64,000 nt of DNA from a virus (IMGVR_UViG_3300028048_000083:59364-123363), one strand, 5' to 3'; shown: positions 8,426 to 18,354, counted from the stretch's first letter. Program-made: numbers and translations. The notes: generated from the sequence alone by a model not told the origin.

Positions 8426-9521
8426 TCATCTTAAGTTCACGGGAAGTCTGATTGTAGATGTCAACCAGTGCACGTTCCATGGTTTCACGGTTTTTCTCGC
8501 CAGCATCATGGATTTTGCGGACTTCTTTAAGCATTTCAATGAACTGCTTGTTGACGTCTTTGAGTGTCTCAAGTTCAACGATTGTCTGTTCACTTGCACG
8601 GGCTGTTTCCTCGGAATTGTAGCGCACGTTTTTGGCTGTAGCCTTCATCATGCGGTTGGTCGCACCTGAAACCATCTTTGTCGCATCGATTGCGCTTTTC
8701 TGTTTGTTAATCATGATGGCAAGCGCCAGTTCGTTTTTCCATAACGGCATAACCTGGTTGATTATGTTCTCGCATTTGTCGATGATGGCGTCGTTGTTGG
8801 CTTGAGCTGCCATGATATGGAACTGGTTGTTTGAAAGTATGTGCTCGGTAACTTCCAGGTCGGCGATTTTCTTGGATATTGCGTTGACCCAGTTCTGCAT
8901 GTTCTGCACATCCCACTGGCTGTTTTCAGGGTCGTTTTGCATTTCTTTGAGTTTTGCCTCATTTTCTTTCAGTTTGAGCTTAAGGGCAACAATAAGCTCC
9001 TTGAGACGGTCAATGCTGACGTCGTTGTTCCTGAACATCGATTCAAGTGTACTGTTGTCTTTTTTGGCTGTAATTTTGGCTGCGTCCATTTTGGCGCAGA
9101 TTTTCGAAACATTGTCCTGGATAGTGTCGGACTGGATAAGCACTTTGTCGACGGTCTTCACCAGGGAACGGAGAATTGGCATCGAGCGAAGGAACGCCTT
9201 GAACTTGTTGTTTGGGTCAAGGTCGCTGATGTCGACCATGTTCAGCTGAGCCAGGGTGTCGTTGACACAGGCGATAATCTCGTCGTTGTTTTTGGAACGT
9301 GCGGAAGAAAGAATACCTTCGCTTGACTGTGAAATTGTTGAATTGATTTCGCTGCCATACACCTGAAGTGTGGTTTTGTCGTTGATATCCACAGATTCGG
9401 CAATAGCAAGATAAGCCTGTTTTTCCTCGTCGCTGATGTTTGCGATATAGTTTTCATAATCCACACTGCGTTTAAGGCTCACCAGTGCGTTGTTGTTGTT
9501 GGTATTGTTATTTCCTTCCAT
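8412..9521 (-). CDS. TelA-like (toxic anion resistance family) coiled-coil protein, tentative
   Basis: 369 aa. Asn-rich N-terminus and long helical, coiled-coil-prone body. The similarity to the TelA/KlaA family is judged by eye only. Confidence 0.35.
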   Translation of the reverse strand: MEGNNNTNNNNALVSLKRSVDYENYIANISDEEKQAYLAIAESVDINDKTTLQVYGSEINSTISQSSEGILSSARSKNNDEIIACVNDTLAQLNMVDISDLDPNNKFKAFLRSMPILRSLVKTVDKVLIQSDTIQDNVSKICAKMDAAKITAKKDNSTLESMFRNNDVSIDRLKELIVALKLKLKENEAKLKEMQNDPENSQWDVQNMQNWVNAISKKIADLEVTEHILSNNQFHIMAAQANNDAIIDKCENIINQVMPLWKNELALAIMINKQKSAIDATKMVSGATNRMMKATAKNVRYNSEETARASEQTIVELETLKDVNKQFIEMLKEVRKIHDAGEKNRETMERALVDIYNQTSRELKMIESK

Positions 9522-9550
9522 TGTAAATTACTGTTTTCATTGATTTGGCA

Positions 9551-9590
9551 ATATAACCGAATTTTGTTCTTTTTTTCCGTGAAATCACAA
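9551..9590 (-). promoter_or_regulatory. Conserved upstream motif (class B), instance
   Basis: Plus-strand ATATAACCGAATTTTGTTCTTTTTTTCCGTGAAATCAC, about 30 nt upstream (minus sense) of the ATG at 9521. Confidence 0.45.
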
Positions 9591-9977
9591 AAATTTTCTG
9601 TACCAGCTGATAAGATACACGTGCTCGTCCTGTATATCCTCGATTTTCTCGGAAAGGTTGATAATCTCATACCCGTTATCCTTGAATATTTTGAGGATAT
9701 CGTTGATGTAAGGCGACATGTCCGACGGGAATGAATACACACACCTGTAATCGGTGAAAGTGTCGCCGTTTGCTGTAACCGAAGCCTTTTCGTGTATGAG
9801 TCTGTTGATTTTGTGCTGATGCATCTTAATCAGTTTGTCAACATTGGCATATTCACCGTAAGTCGCTTTGCAATATGCGACTTCGGCTGGCATCACAATC
9901 TCATCGACAGTGAATTTCGACTTAAGCCAAAATCTGACTTTATCCAGCCATGTTTGTGGTTTGTTTGTTTCTTCCAT
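9585..9977 (-). CDS. hypothetical protein
   Basis: The ORF-track entry 9585-10079 is trimmed to the internal start MEETNKPQ, which removes the overlap with the next gene. Confidence 0.4.
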   Translation of the reverse strand: MEETNKPQTWLDKVRFWLKSKFTVDEIVMPAEVAYCKATYGEYANVDKLIKMHQHKINRLIHEKASVTANGDTFTDYRCVYSFPSDMSPYINDILKIFKDNGYEIINLSEKIEDIQDEHVYLISWYRKFL

Positions 9978-9999
9978 AAAGCTAATTGGATTAAAAAAA

Positions 10000-10200
10000 C
10001 TACTCAAAAAGTGTTCTGTCAATCTCGAACGAGTGCGGGTAATATTTGTTTCCAGTGGTTTGGGACATTTCCTGAGCAACGTTGTAGGCTTTGGTAAATG
10101 TCATGAAAATCCGCATACCGCCTTCATCGTTCATTACGGGTTTGATTGTTCCTTTATCGTCCTTGTACAGGATAACATAAACTTCATTAAAATCCCCCAT
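10000..10200 (-). CDS. hypothetical small protein
   Basis: 66-aa ORF, co-directional and tightly spaced with its neighbours. Confidence 0.35.
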   Translation of the reverse strand: MGDFNEVYVILYKDDKGTIKPVMNDEGGMRIFMTFTKAYNVAQEMSQTTGNKYYPHSFEIDRTLFE

Positions 10201-10205
10201 GTTGT

Positions 10206-11633
10206 TTATTTTTTAAAATTGTAATATTGTTCAACCAACGCCTTAAGATAAGGATTATTATCCGCATCAGCATAAATTTGATATTTATAACGGATGTCAA
10301 GCAGAATTTGATTCATTTTTTCAGCATCCATATGTTCTGGAAGGGTTGACTCAGCAATAGCTTTGTCAAGTGCATCTTTCTTATTTTCGAGTTCCTTTAT
10401 AAGATATTCATACTCATACTTATGGTTACGAATATCAAGTAGGAAATCAGCGTCAATACCCTTGCGGTAAATCTGAACCTTGCCAGTCTGGGCGATTTCA
10501 AGACCCATATTAAGCAGACGGAAGCAGTGCATCACATTCTTGCTGTCGTAATTGTGACCAAGATTGCTCTCATAGCGAACCTGGCTGCGTTTCTGAACCC
10601 ACTCCTGATACTGGTGGTATTTATTGCAATGTTGGGTAAACCCATCCTTATTATAAGTCATAACACAGATTGGCTCCTCATTCTTCGGAATTGAAGAACA
10701 ACGCACAGTGTCACTCTTGTTGATGTCATTGACGATATACTTAACACCATCCTCTTCAATGATTTTTGCTGCAGTTAAAACTTTGGTATCCTCGTCATAG
10801 AAGTAGTAATCACCTTTGTTATCAACCTTGATTTCTTTATTATTCTTTACTTCATCCACAGGAATCTTGACACCGTAATCCTTTACAATGCCACGATATC
10901 CGATTGGTTTTTGGGTATTATCGAACCATTCTCGTATTTCATGATGGAATAAATCAAACACGTCGTCAACCACAAAATTGTAATATTTTTTATCGTTATA
11001 AAACTCGCAGAATTCTGTATATTTGTTGTGGTTATGTGCACCGAAATCGTAATATACACCGTAGCAGTCAGGCATGTTGTTGAGTGAAACAAGACCGCAG
11101 TACTTCTGTTCAAGACCACGGGCATCAAGCCACTCCTTCATACAGGCACTACCCTGTTTGTATGAAGTAAAACAGAAATCAAGCGGCTCCTTACGTTCTG
11201 TAATGGGCTGGACACACATCTTGTTATAACCACGAGCTCGTTTAATCTGGGCAATGGCATAGCCAATAAATGAATTGAAACAATCCTTGGTCACAAACTC
11301 CTGACGATGCTTTTTAAGCTCAGTGATAATCGGGTGTTCATAGATAACAAAACGGTCGTCAATGAAAAGGGATTCAAGGATATTTGGATTACTTGAAAGC
11401 AGAAGGGTCAGATACTTCTTAAGGGAGTACCATGTATTGTCATGTTTATCATCAGCAATCTCATCCTGGAAATCAAGTCCAAGTCCAAGTACCTGGTTGA
11501 TAGGCTCAAGGTACACACCACCATGGTCTTCGTCGGACTCAGGGGTGTTGGTGCCGTATGCTACGCTTCCGCGCACATATTCATACAGGAGCCATCCGTT
11601 ATTTCTTATATCGTCAAATGTGTATTTCTTCAT
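10206..11633 (-). CDS. Pol-beta superfamily nucleotidyltransferase (COG3541-like)
   Basis: N-terminal LYEYVRGSVAYGTNTPESDEDHGGVY matches the nucleotidyltransferase GS-x-AYG...SDxD signature. 475 aa. Confidence 0.6.
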   Translation of the reverse strand: MKKYTFDDIRNNGWLLYEYVRGSVAYGTNTPESDEDHGGVYLEPINQVLGLGLDFQDEIADDKHDNTWYSLKKYLTLLLSSNPNILESLFIDDRFVIYEHPIITELKKHRQEFVTKDCFNSFIGYAIAQIKRARGYNKMCVQPITERKEPLDFCFTSYKQGSACMKEWLDARGLEQKYCGLVSLNNMPDCYGVYYDFGAHNHNKYTEFCEFYNDKKYYNFVVDDVFDLFHHEIREWFDNTQKPIGYRGIVKDYGVKIPVDEVKNNKEIKVDNKGDYYFYDEDTKVLTAAKIIEEDGVKYIVNDINKSDTVRCSSIPKNEEPICVMTYNKDGFTQHCNKYHQYQEWVQKRSQVRYESNLGHNYDSKNVMHCFRLLNMGLEIAQTGKVQIYRKGIDADFLLDIRNHKYEYEYLIKELENKKDALDKAIAESTLPEHMDAEKMNQILLDIRYKYQIYADADNNPYLKALVEQYYNFKK

Positions 11634-11648
11634 AATCTATTTTATTGC

Positions 11649-11942
11649 TTATTGTTTATTGTAGCGTTTGACAATAGAGGTGAATTCATACGGTGAAATA
11701 TGTGGGTAATAACCGAATGACAGTTCACCTGTTTCACAATTTCTGAACATATACTCGTTGATAGAATAAGGGTGATTTTTGCGGTTGGTTTCATTGTCGG
11801 CAATCTTGCCTTCATAGATATAGATACCCTGGTGGATACCGTAATGGATTTCATATCTTTTACCAGCCTCCAATACCAAATTATCCCATCCTTTGATAGT
11901 CTCAGGAGTTTTGTCAAAAATTATGTCATCGCCAAATTTCAT
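11649..11942 (-). CDS. hypothetical protein
   Basis: 97-aa ORF with a class-B upstream motif at 11965-12000. Confidence 0.45.
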   Translation of the reverse strand: MKFGDDIIFDKTPETIKGWDNLVLEAGKRYEIHYGIHQGIYIYEGKIADNETNRKNHPYSINEYMFRNCETGELSFGYYPHISPYEFTSIVKRYNKQ

Positions 11943-12001
11943 ATTTCCGAATTTTTAATTTACTATATAACCAAATCAAGACAGTTTTTTCCACAAAAAA
12001 A

Positions 12002-12199
12002 TTAAATTTTTGCTGGACTACAGTCATTATCGTTATTCGTTGAAGACCTCCGTTCTCGGTTGGTGTCATGTTTCCACCTGACATGTATGTCGTCGTCTTC
12101 CATTGTCAGAAATCCATTATGGACGCCGTTGTTCCATAAAGCTTCACACACTTTAGGCAACGCATACGGTGCCACTCCAAAGTCGATATATTTATCCAT
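12002..12199 (-). CDS. hypothetical small protein
   Basis: 65-aa ORF. Confidence 0.3.
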   Translation of the reverse strand: MDKYIDFGVAPYALPKVCEALWNNGVHNGFLTMEDDDIHVRWKHDTNRERRSSTNNDNDCSPAKI

Positions 12200-12214
12200 A
12201 GTTTACTGAAAAAA

Positions 12215-12613
12215 TTAAACATTATAAAAATCAGACGGTCTTATATTTCCAATAAATTTATAATCTTTAGGCATATCTTCTCGGTTTCCGCTAACAATAT
12301 CATAAACATCACCATATTTAATATTTTGCGCAATAAACGTCACACGCATTGTAAAGGTAGAATGACCACAATTATTATATCCTTTACTGGAATAGAATCT
12401 TTTTAATGCGTTATAAGACAGTTCCTGTATGTCATCATCGCTCAAAGCTCTTCCTTCCCAGTCCGTTCTATCAACCTTTGAAAGTATAAATTCTTCTATA
12501 TTCCTATTATCAGCAATGATATCAAAATCCACAGAAAGAATTGGCTGATTCTTTATAAAATGTGATAATTGTGTTATCATATCAAGTGCCACATCTTTAT
12601 AATTTTCTAACAT
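12215..12613 (-). CDS. hypothetical protein
   Basis: 132-aa ORF. Confidence 0.45.
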   Translation of the reverse strand: MLENYKDVALDMITQLSHFIKNQPILSVDFDIIADNRNIEEFILSKVDRTDWEGRALSDDDIQELSYNALKRFYSSKGYNNCGHSTFTMRVTFIAQNIKYGDVYDIVSGNREDMPKDYKFIGNIRPSDFYNV

Positions 12614-12632
12614 TATGCTTTTTTATTTTTGA

Positions 12633-13424
12633 TTACATTGACAGTTTTTTGGAGAAAATCAAGTCTCTGATTCTCAAAATGTTAGTTGGGTCTATGTTAT
12701 TAAATACATTTTCAATCCACCATTCTTTCGATGGAGCCATCGGTGAAGGCTGTCTGAACTTGTTTTCTTCAATGAAGTTATCTACATATTCTTCATATGA
12801 CGGGTATTTTTTGGTGTCCCATACACGCTCGTCAGCAAGGAAACACACAACAGTGTTCATGCCATACAAGTCTTCCTCATAAAACACCGCATGAGGAATA
12901 TTTAACTGTATAAGTTCATGTATTGCATTAATCAAATCCACGGATGTACCAGCATCAAGGATAATCATGGTTTTATCCCTATGAGCCCAAGTGCTGTAGG
13001 CTTGCTTGTAATCCACTGAAAAAGTCTTAACCATTTCACCGTAATCCACCACAGCATGTAGTGACTGTATACCTTTCTGCATCGGGTTAAGTTGCCTCAA
13101 TACCATTGAATACATGCGGTATCTCATTGGCTGCAGGTCAAAATAATCGACTGGCGTGTTTTGAAAACGTTGTGTGGTTTTTATTTTGCTGCGTATGTCT
13201 ATTATTTCCTCGCTAAGATATTTGTTTTCACGCCGTAGCAGACCAATACGTTGAGCAATGGTCTTGATGAGTTCTTTCGAATCGGGTGTGTTTTTTATAA
13301 AATAACTGATAAGCTGTTTTTCAAACTTGATTGCATTTTGGACATCGACAACCCTTTTTTTGCATTCAGCCAACTTTTTGGCGTATTCCGAATGTTGATG
13401 ATTTATAGCCATAATATATTTCAA
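12633..13424 (-). CDS. hypothetical protein
   Basis: 263-aa ORF. No recognised motif. Confidence 0.5.
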   Translation of the reverse strand: MKYIMAINHQHSEYAKKLAECKKRVVDVQNAIKFEKQLISYFIKNTPDSKELIKTIAQRIGLLRRENKYLSEEIIDIRSKIKTTQRFQNTPVDYFDLQPMRYRMYSMVLRQLNPMQKGIQSLHAVVDYGEMVKTFSVDYKQAYSTWAHRDKTMIILDAGTSVDLINAIHELIQLNIPHAVFYEEDLYGMNTVVCFLADERVWDTKKYPSYEEYVDNFIEENKFRQPSPMAPSKEWWIENVFNNIDPTNILRIRDLIFSKKLSM

Positions 13425-13432
13425 TTAAAGTT

Positions 13433-13876
13433 TTATTCAGTACACAGGTAAATGTTGTTATGTCCGATTACGGCTTTGTTGAGGTAATGTATGCCAGTGT
13501 TGTCGGACTTGTATACCCATTTATGCGGGCTGTATATTTCAAGCTCACAATATTTGGCAACGACTTCGGAAATCGTATCAGAAAAGAACAGTGCGTCCTC
13601 AAAACACAGTGTGTTGTTTTCAACCCTGCACTCCTCCATGAATTCCAGGCTCATGTCAGGAACATATTTCTCGCCATCCTGTGAGATTATCGACATGAGG
13701 GTTTGCTTGTTGCCTTTATAATAATAAAGACAGTGGTTATAAAACTGTGGATTGTTAATGACATAATCCATGAAATCGTCAAGGTTGTCAAACCCAACAC
13801 AGAATTTGAATGCAGGTGACGAAAACCAGTTTTTGATTTTTTCTAATATTTTCATGATTATTTTATTTTGCCGCAA
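13433..13876 (-). CDS. hypothetical protein
   Basis: 147-aa ORF. Confidence 0.45.
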   Translation of the reverse strand: MRQNKIIMKILEKIKNWFSSPAFKFCVGFDNLDDFMDYVINNPQFYNHCLYYYKGNKQTLMSIISQDGEKYVPDMSLEFMEECRVENNTLCFEDALFFSDTISEVVAKYCELEIYSPHKWVYKSDNTGIHYLNKAVIGHNNIYLCTE

Positions 13877-14151
13877 TATAATACTGTACTGTCATTGGTG
13901 TCGGAAACTATTATGTATCGCGAAAACCTGTCTGGTGTGTCCTTGTATCTGTTGTATAATTCAGAATAAGTTTCTTTCCATTGACCATGTTCCACCCCAG
14001 TTTCACAATGAAGTTCGTCGAACTTACTGTTTACAACATGTATGTTAACCGTTTTTACATTGGTGTTTAGGAAATATTTGCCGATGTCGGGAAAACGGTA
14101 TCCACCCATACTGTATCCAAGAATCGTCCGTTCAAACTGTTTACTGGTCAT
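13858..14151 (-). CDS. hypothetical protein
   Basis: The ORF-track entry 13858-14190 is trimmed to the internal Met (MTSKQFERTILGYSMGG...). Confidence 0.4.
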   Translation of the reverse strand: MTSKQFERTILGYSMGGYRFPDIGKYFLNTNVKTVNIHVVNSKFDELHCETGVEHGQWKETYSELYNRYKDTPDRFSRYIIVSDTNDSTVLYCGKIK

Positions 14152-14572
14152 TTGGGTTAAAGGGTTTCCATTGGGCGTCAAAATCCACACTGAAGTGGCT
14201 TTTGTCTATTCCGTCAAGAGTGACAACAAATGCGATGGTTGAGCCGTTCTTTACACAGTCGACCGCCATTGATTCGCTCTTAAGTATCAATACTGCAATA
14301 TCAATACTTACTGGAGGGATAAAAAACCTGTTGTCATAACGGTTTTCGACTGGCTGCTGGTAATAACCGTATTTCGAAAAACTTGACTGTTCCTCAGTTG
14401 TATAGTATTCGTCCATGTCGCTTACTACGAGGACAACGTAATGTTTGCGTGTTTTTGAATCCTTGAAAGACTTCAGCACAGCATTGGTGAACATGTCTTC
14501 ATCAAATACGGACACACACTTCTGATAGGCGTCGAAATCCTCAGTGATATATTGTCTCATTATTTTTTCCAT
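14141..14572 (-). CDS. hypothetical protein
   Basis: 143-aa ORF. GTTGTATATTTTTT promoter-like element upstream (plus coordinates ~14627-14640). Confidence 0.45.
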   Translation of the reverse strand: MEKIMRQYITEDFDAYQKCVSVFDEDMFTNAVLKSFKDSKTRKHYVVLVVSDMDEYYTTEEQSSFSKYGYYQQPVENRYDNRFFIPPVSIDIAVLILKSESMAVDCVKNGSTIAFVVTLDGIDKSHFSVDFDAQWKPFNPNDQ

Positions 14573-14687
14573 GACGATATAACCATAATTGTTTCAATTT
14601 TTCCTCAAAAAAAGATTTTTTTACATAAAAAATATACAACTTTTTTCTCAGTTGTGAAAATATTTATATTATAATAAAACCTTTTGA

Positions 14688-15116
14688 ATGCTCGAAAACA
14701 TCCCTAAAGTATACACACACGGTGTTATTGGACAAGGCGAACAAATAACAAAAGCGTTCGAAAAACTAGGTGTCGACAATCCGACACACTATAAATTCAA
14801 CGACCCCTGGGTCTTGTATTATGCAGACAGAAACTCCCACGTTGCAATGGTTGAACCAAACACTGACTTGTATTATTCAATCGTTTCAAGCAATGAATGG
14901 AAAGAACTTAAAATCAAACAACCGAAAAAAACGCATAGTTTCCTAATTACTGTTAGAGAAGGCGCAAGTTCCTGTGAAGGATGCCATGCCGCCAACAAAT
15001 GTTCGCCAGAACAAAAATGCAAATGCCAGTTAGCTGCATTGCTAAATGAGTTAACAAAATGTAATGAACTAACTGGCAAGATTTTGGAAATAAAGGAAAT
15101 TAATACATCTCCTTGA
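14688..15116 (+). CDS. hypothetical Cys-rich protein (lone plus-strand gene)
   Basis: 142 aa with a C-terminal CEGCHAANKCSPEQKCKCQ cluster. Converges on, and overlaps by 17 nt, the minus-strand ThyX-like gene. Confidence 0.4.
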   Translation: MLENIPKVYTHGVIGQGEQITKAFEKLGVDNPTHYKFNDPWVLYYADRNSHVAMVEPNTDLYYSIVSSNEWKELKIKQPKKTHSFLITVREGASSCEGCHAANKCSPEQKCKCQLAALLNELTKCNELTGKILEIKEINTSP

Positions 15117-16038
15117 TTTTGTTTGCAACAATCTCACATTCTGGGTCAGCGTGGGAATCACAACGCCGCCAGAAGAAATTCTGCCATGCGTCGTCAAATC
15201 CGCAAAGCCTCAATTCAGCCTTGGCACTTAGTGGGAAAAGACGTTTCAGCTGTTGCGGTTGCAACCCCTCGTTTGCCATAATAAGATAGTTGTCTTCGTC
15301 ATCGGACATGCGCTGAAGAAACATCCATTCCGTACAGCGTTTGTCAAACTCCTCGTCACTAATGGAATCATTGGACAAATATGTCTCATCTTCATTTTCC
15401 CATGCCTTAAAAGTCTCTTCGCTAATCCAGTATGGTTTAATGAATGTCAATTCATTGTTGTATTTGTTTTTGCTGTAGTTGCAGAATCTGGTCGATTCGC
15501 AGATTGACGACAGTGTTATATGCGTTCTGTTGTCGTCAGTGCACCCACGGCTCATCCACATGGTAAAGGTGCGGCGTCTGTCATGTAGTTCTGTTGGCTC
15601 ACACCAGAAATCGCGAACATCATCCAACCAATTCGCATCATAGCCATGTTCCCACGCTTCCTTGTCAGTAGCGTAAGAACCTTGCATAATCACGCGCATA
15701 TTTGTGGTAATATACCAATTGCCGCCAAATTTGGAATGAGTCCATATTGTATTCTTGTGAACACCGTATTTTTCATATCTCCCAAACAACCTGCTGTCAA
15801 TTAGTCTTAATTCCATGTATGCTGTGCTTGGAATCTTAAGATACACTGTACCGAATTCCAATGGACGGGTGTGTCCGTTTTTCAAAAGCACCTGTTCAAC
15901 AAATTCTTTAGGTGGCATTTTCATTTTGTCAGCATCGGTCTGATAACAGATTCTGGCTGCGGATGCTATGGCACTATAAATCCCTTCTATTCCTGGCTCT
16001 TGAATATACTCTTCTACCTTATTATCTACTAGTTTCAT
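15100..16038 (-). CDS. thyX: ThyX-like FAD-dependent thymidylate synthase (divergent)
   Basis: LLKNGHTRPLEFGTVYLKI resembles ThyX HGHETPFEH. The C-terminal NFFWRRCDSHADPECEIVA resembles ThyX RADSHAQWEI. The RHRxxxS motif is degenerate (RTHITLSSICESTRF). Confidence 0.6.
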   Translation of the reverse strand: MKLVDNKVEEYIQEPGIEGIYSAIASAARICYQTDADKMKMPPKEFVEQVLLKNGHTRPLEFGTVYLKIPSTAYMELRLIDSRLFGRYEKYGVHKNTIWTHSKFGGNWYITTNMRVIMQGSYATDKEAWEHGYDANWLDDVRDFWCEPTELHDRRRTFTMWMSRGCTDDNRTHITLSSICESTRFCNYSKNKYNNELTFIKPYWISEETFKAWENEDETYLSNDSISDEEFDKRCTEWMFLQRMSDDEDNYLIMANEGLQPQQLKRLFPLSAKAELRLCGFDDAWQNFFWRRCDSHADPECEIVANKIKEMY

Positions 16039-16052
16039 AATATTAGTTTGTT

Positions 16053-16754
16053 TTATTCAATACACAGTTTAATTTTTGGTTCCAAATCAACTTTAACAAT
16101 TTTTTCCAAAGTATCACTATGAAATATTGGCATGACATATATTTTGACGCCATCAGCAACATCAAAAACCGTAATATGACTGTTATCCTTGTATTTAAAG
16201 GTACAACTATCACAGCCAAACTGTTTCATGACTATGGATACCAATCCAATATATTTTGGATTAAACAACACATCTTTGATTTGAATTGCAGTTTCTGTTT
16301 TGTCAAACCATCCGTCGTGATAGGGGGAGTATACATAATTTTCGTTGATACCGTCACCTTGGCAGACAGGGCATGTGTCGTTAACTGAATAACTTTGACC
16401 ATTCGTTGACACATATTCAAAATCCACGGTTCCACTTCCACCACAGTCTTTACATCTATGCAAATCACCATGGTCGACGTCAATTTTTTGAAGGGCTTCA
16501 TTCAAACTGAAAACTGATATTTGGTCTATCTGTTGGTCTAAAGTCTCTTCCTGTTCCTTGACAGTGTTTAGATAATTCTTGGTTGACATGTTTATCTGAT
16601 GGTCAACTTCAACACAATCCCTGTTAAGTACAATCATGGTATGGGCTTCAGTCGCACACACAAACCCCTGTTCCAGAAACGGCTCCTGGAAATATTTGTT
16701 ATGTGATTCACTGTTACAAAACAACTTTAATACATTGACATTTATCATATTCAA
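16053..16754 (-). CDS. Zinc-finger protein (DnaJ-like CxxCxGxG repeats)
   Basis: CKDCGGSGT and CPVCQGDGI motifs. 233 aa. Confidence 0.45.
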   Translation of the reverse strand: MNMINVNVLKLFCNSESHNKYFQEPFLEQGFVCATEAHTMIVLNRDCVEVDHQINMSTKNYLNTVKEQEETLDQQIDQISVFSLNEALQKIDVDHGDLHRCKDCGGSGTVDFEYVSTNGQSYSVNDTCPVCQGDGINENYVYSPYHDGWFDKTETAIQIKDVLFNPKYIGLVSIVMKQFGCDSCTFKYKDNSHITVFDVADGVKIYVMPIFHSDTLEKIVKVDLEPKIKLCIE

Positions 16755-17258
16755 TCAATATCCACTTTGTACACTAAAAAAATCGTTCTGCCCATTGTAA
16801 CTATATCCGACCACATGAACGGATTTGGTATCACCTTGGGTTTCAATCTCAAACTCAACCTCACCAGAAAAATCCTTGATTATGGTTGCACACCACGGAC
16901 GCTCAAGTGCCCGTTTCTGGTCTTCCGTACTAAGTTTGTCCCATTCAAATACGCCCACTTGACCGCTGTCGGCACAGAATTCACCCAAAATGTTCTTTTT
17001 CCATTCTTCTTTGAATTTGTTGAATTCTTCGCGCATAGCCTTTTTTTCATCTTTGGTCTTGCCCGTAAAGTTATAATCGTTGAAAAATTTGAAATAATGT
17101 TCATTCCATTCTTCATATTTTTTGTTCTCTTCCAGCTTGCCTGGATAGACCATGCATGACCAGTCGCCGTAAATTGTACTCCTTTGCATTGCACAACTGT
17201 TTTTACTGTTTTTAATGTAGCATGGGTCTGTAATTACAATATCACCTGAAAATTTCAT
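16755..17258 (-). CDS. hypothetical protein
   Basis: 167-aa ORF. Confidence 0.45.
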   Translation of the reverse strand: MKFSGDIVITDPCYIKNSKNSCAMQRSTIYGDWSCMVYPGKLEENKKYEEWNEHYFKFFNDYNFTGKTKDEKKAMREEFNKFKEEWKKNILGEFCADSGQVGVFEWDKLSTEDQKRALERPWCATIIKDFSGEVEFEIETQGDTKSVHVVGYSYNGQNDFFSVQSGY

Positions 17259-17262
17259 AATC

Positions 17263-17580
17263 CTAAAGTATTTCGTTTATATAAATTATTACAATACCGA
17301 GTTTTTCAGCAATTTTTTTCTCAATCATAGAACCATGGGAATCTTGCCAATCGTGCGTAAAAAAGATTGCATCACATTCCCATAAAGTATCTATGCAAAT
17401 ATCCATACTGTCAGCCCAGCTCATGTCGTCTGGACACAGGTCTGTTGGTATGATAACTTCAGCATCTGGATATTTTGATTGCACCATTTTTTTGGCTTTC
17501 TCAAATTTCTTCCTGTATTCAGGCACTGAAAGTCCAGTGATTTTGCCACCGATGTATATTTTCTTGAATTTTTTTTCCAT
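17263..17580 (-). CDS. DUF4406-like protein (nucleoside 2-deoxyribosyltransferase-like fold)
   Basis: N-terminal KIYIGGKITG and DAIFFTHDWQDSHGSMIE resemble the DUF4406 / nucleoside 2-deoxyribosyltransferase-like family. Confidence 0.5.
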   Translation of the reverse strand: MEKKFKKIYIGGKITGLSVPEYRKKFEKAKKMVQSKYPDAEVIIPTDLCPDDMSWADSMDICIDTLWECDAIFFTHDWQDSHGSMIEKKIAEKLGIVIIYINEIL

Positions 17581-17582
17581 AA

Positions 17583-18098
17583 TTATAGTCTCCCTTCAGC
17601 GATAGTATATAAACATATGCAATAGCATGAATTGTCAGACAAGTCATAGTATGTCTCGACGTTGAATACGCCTTCAATGCAGTACCCGATGGTCATATCA
17701 CCGTTTTTGTAGCTTGTCACATACCCATGTGTTTCCATTTGTTCAAAGCACGATTCCAGTAGTCCCCTTGCAATTTTTTTCAGTTCTTCTGCCGACCTGT
17801 TTCCACAAAAATCGTAATCCGAAACTTCACGTGAAATAACCTTTAATGCGGATGCCAGCGAATCAAAATCGATATAAGACAAACTTGCCTCGATTGCTTC
17901 GTTCTCTAATGCTTTATTGCGTTTATATGTAGGGTGTGTGCTGTAAAACGTTGTGTGTTTGACATAGTTATCACAATCTGGACATTTGATATAATTGTCT
18001 GGGTTAATTTCATTTACAGTGTATTCAAATACACATCCGCATTCGGGACATATGGTTGTAAATGATTTTTGTTTTCCGTGTTTATAGATTATCGCCAT
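17583..18098 (-). CDS. Zinc-ribbon protein
   Basis: CPECGCVFEY...CPDCDNYVKH Cys pairs. 171 aa. Confidence 0.45.
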   Translation of the reverse strand: MAIIYKHGKQKSFTTICPECGCVFEYTVNEINPDNYIKCPDCDNYVKHTTFYSTHPTYKRNKALENEAIEASLSYIDFDSLASALKVISREVSDYDFCGNRSAEELKKIARGLLESCFEQMETHGYVTSYKNGDMTIGYCIEGVFNVETYYDLSDNSCYCICLYTIAEGRL

Positions 18099-18354
18099 TT
18101 TGGTTGTTGTTTAATGTTATATAAACAGTGTCCGCCTTAAGAGGACGATTGATGTAGATAGTATCGGTTTGGTAAACGGTATCAGTTATCGTAACCGTGT
18201 CAATTATGACTTGTGGGTCAACGTTAGTTGGTTCAGGGTCATGTTTGACCAGGATGAAAATTATCAACAACAGAAACGCTATGGCACAAATCTTCCATGC
18301 GGCGCTTTCAGCATCACTCATTATTACCATAAAGCTCACTATTGGTTTGGTCAA
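18082..18354 (-). CDS. small membrane protein
   Basis: Hydrophobic segment ICAIAFLLLIIFILV. 90 aa. Confidence 0.4.
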   Translation of the reverse strand: MTKPIVSFMVIMSDAESAAWKICAIAFLLLIIFILVKHDPEPTNVDPQVIIDTVTITDTVYQTDTIYINRPLKADTVYITLNNNQNGDNL

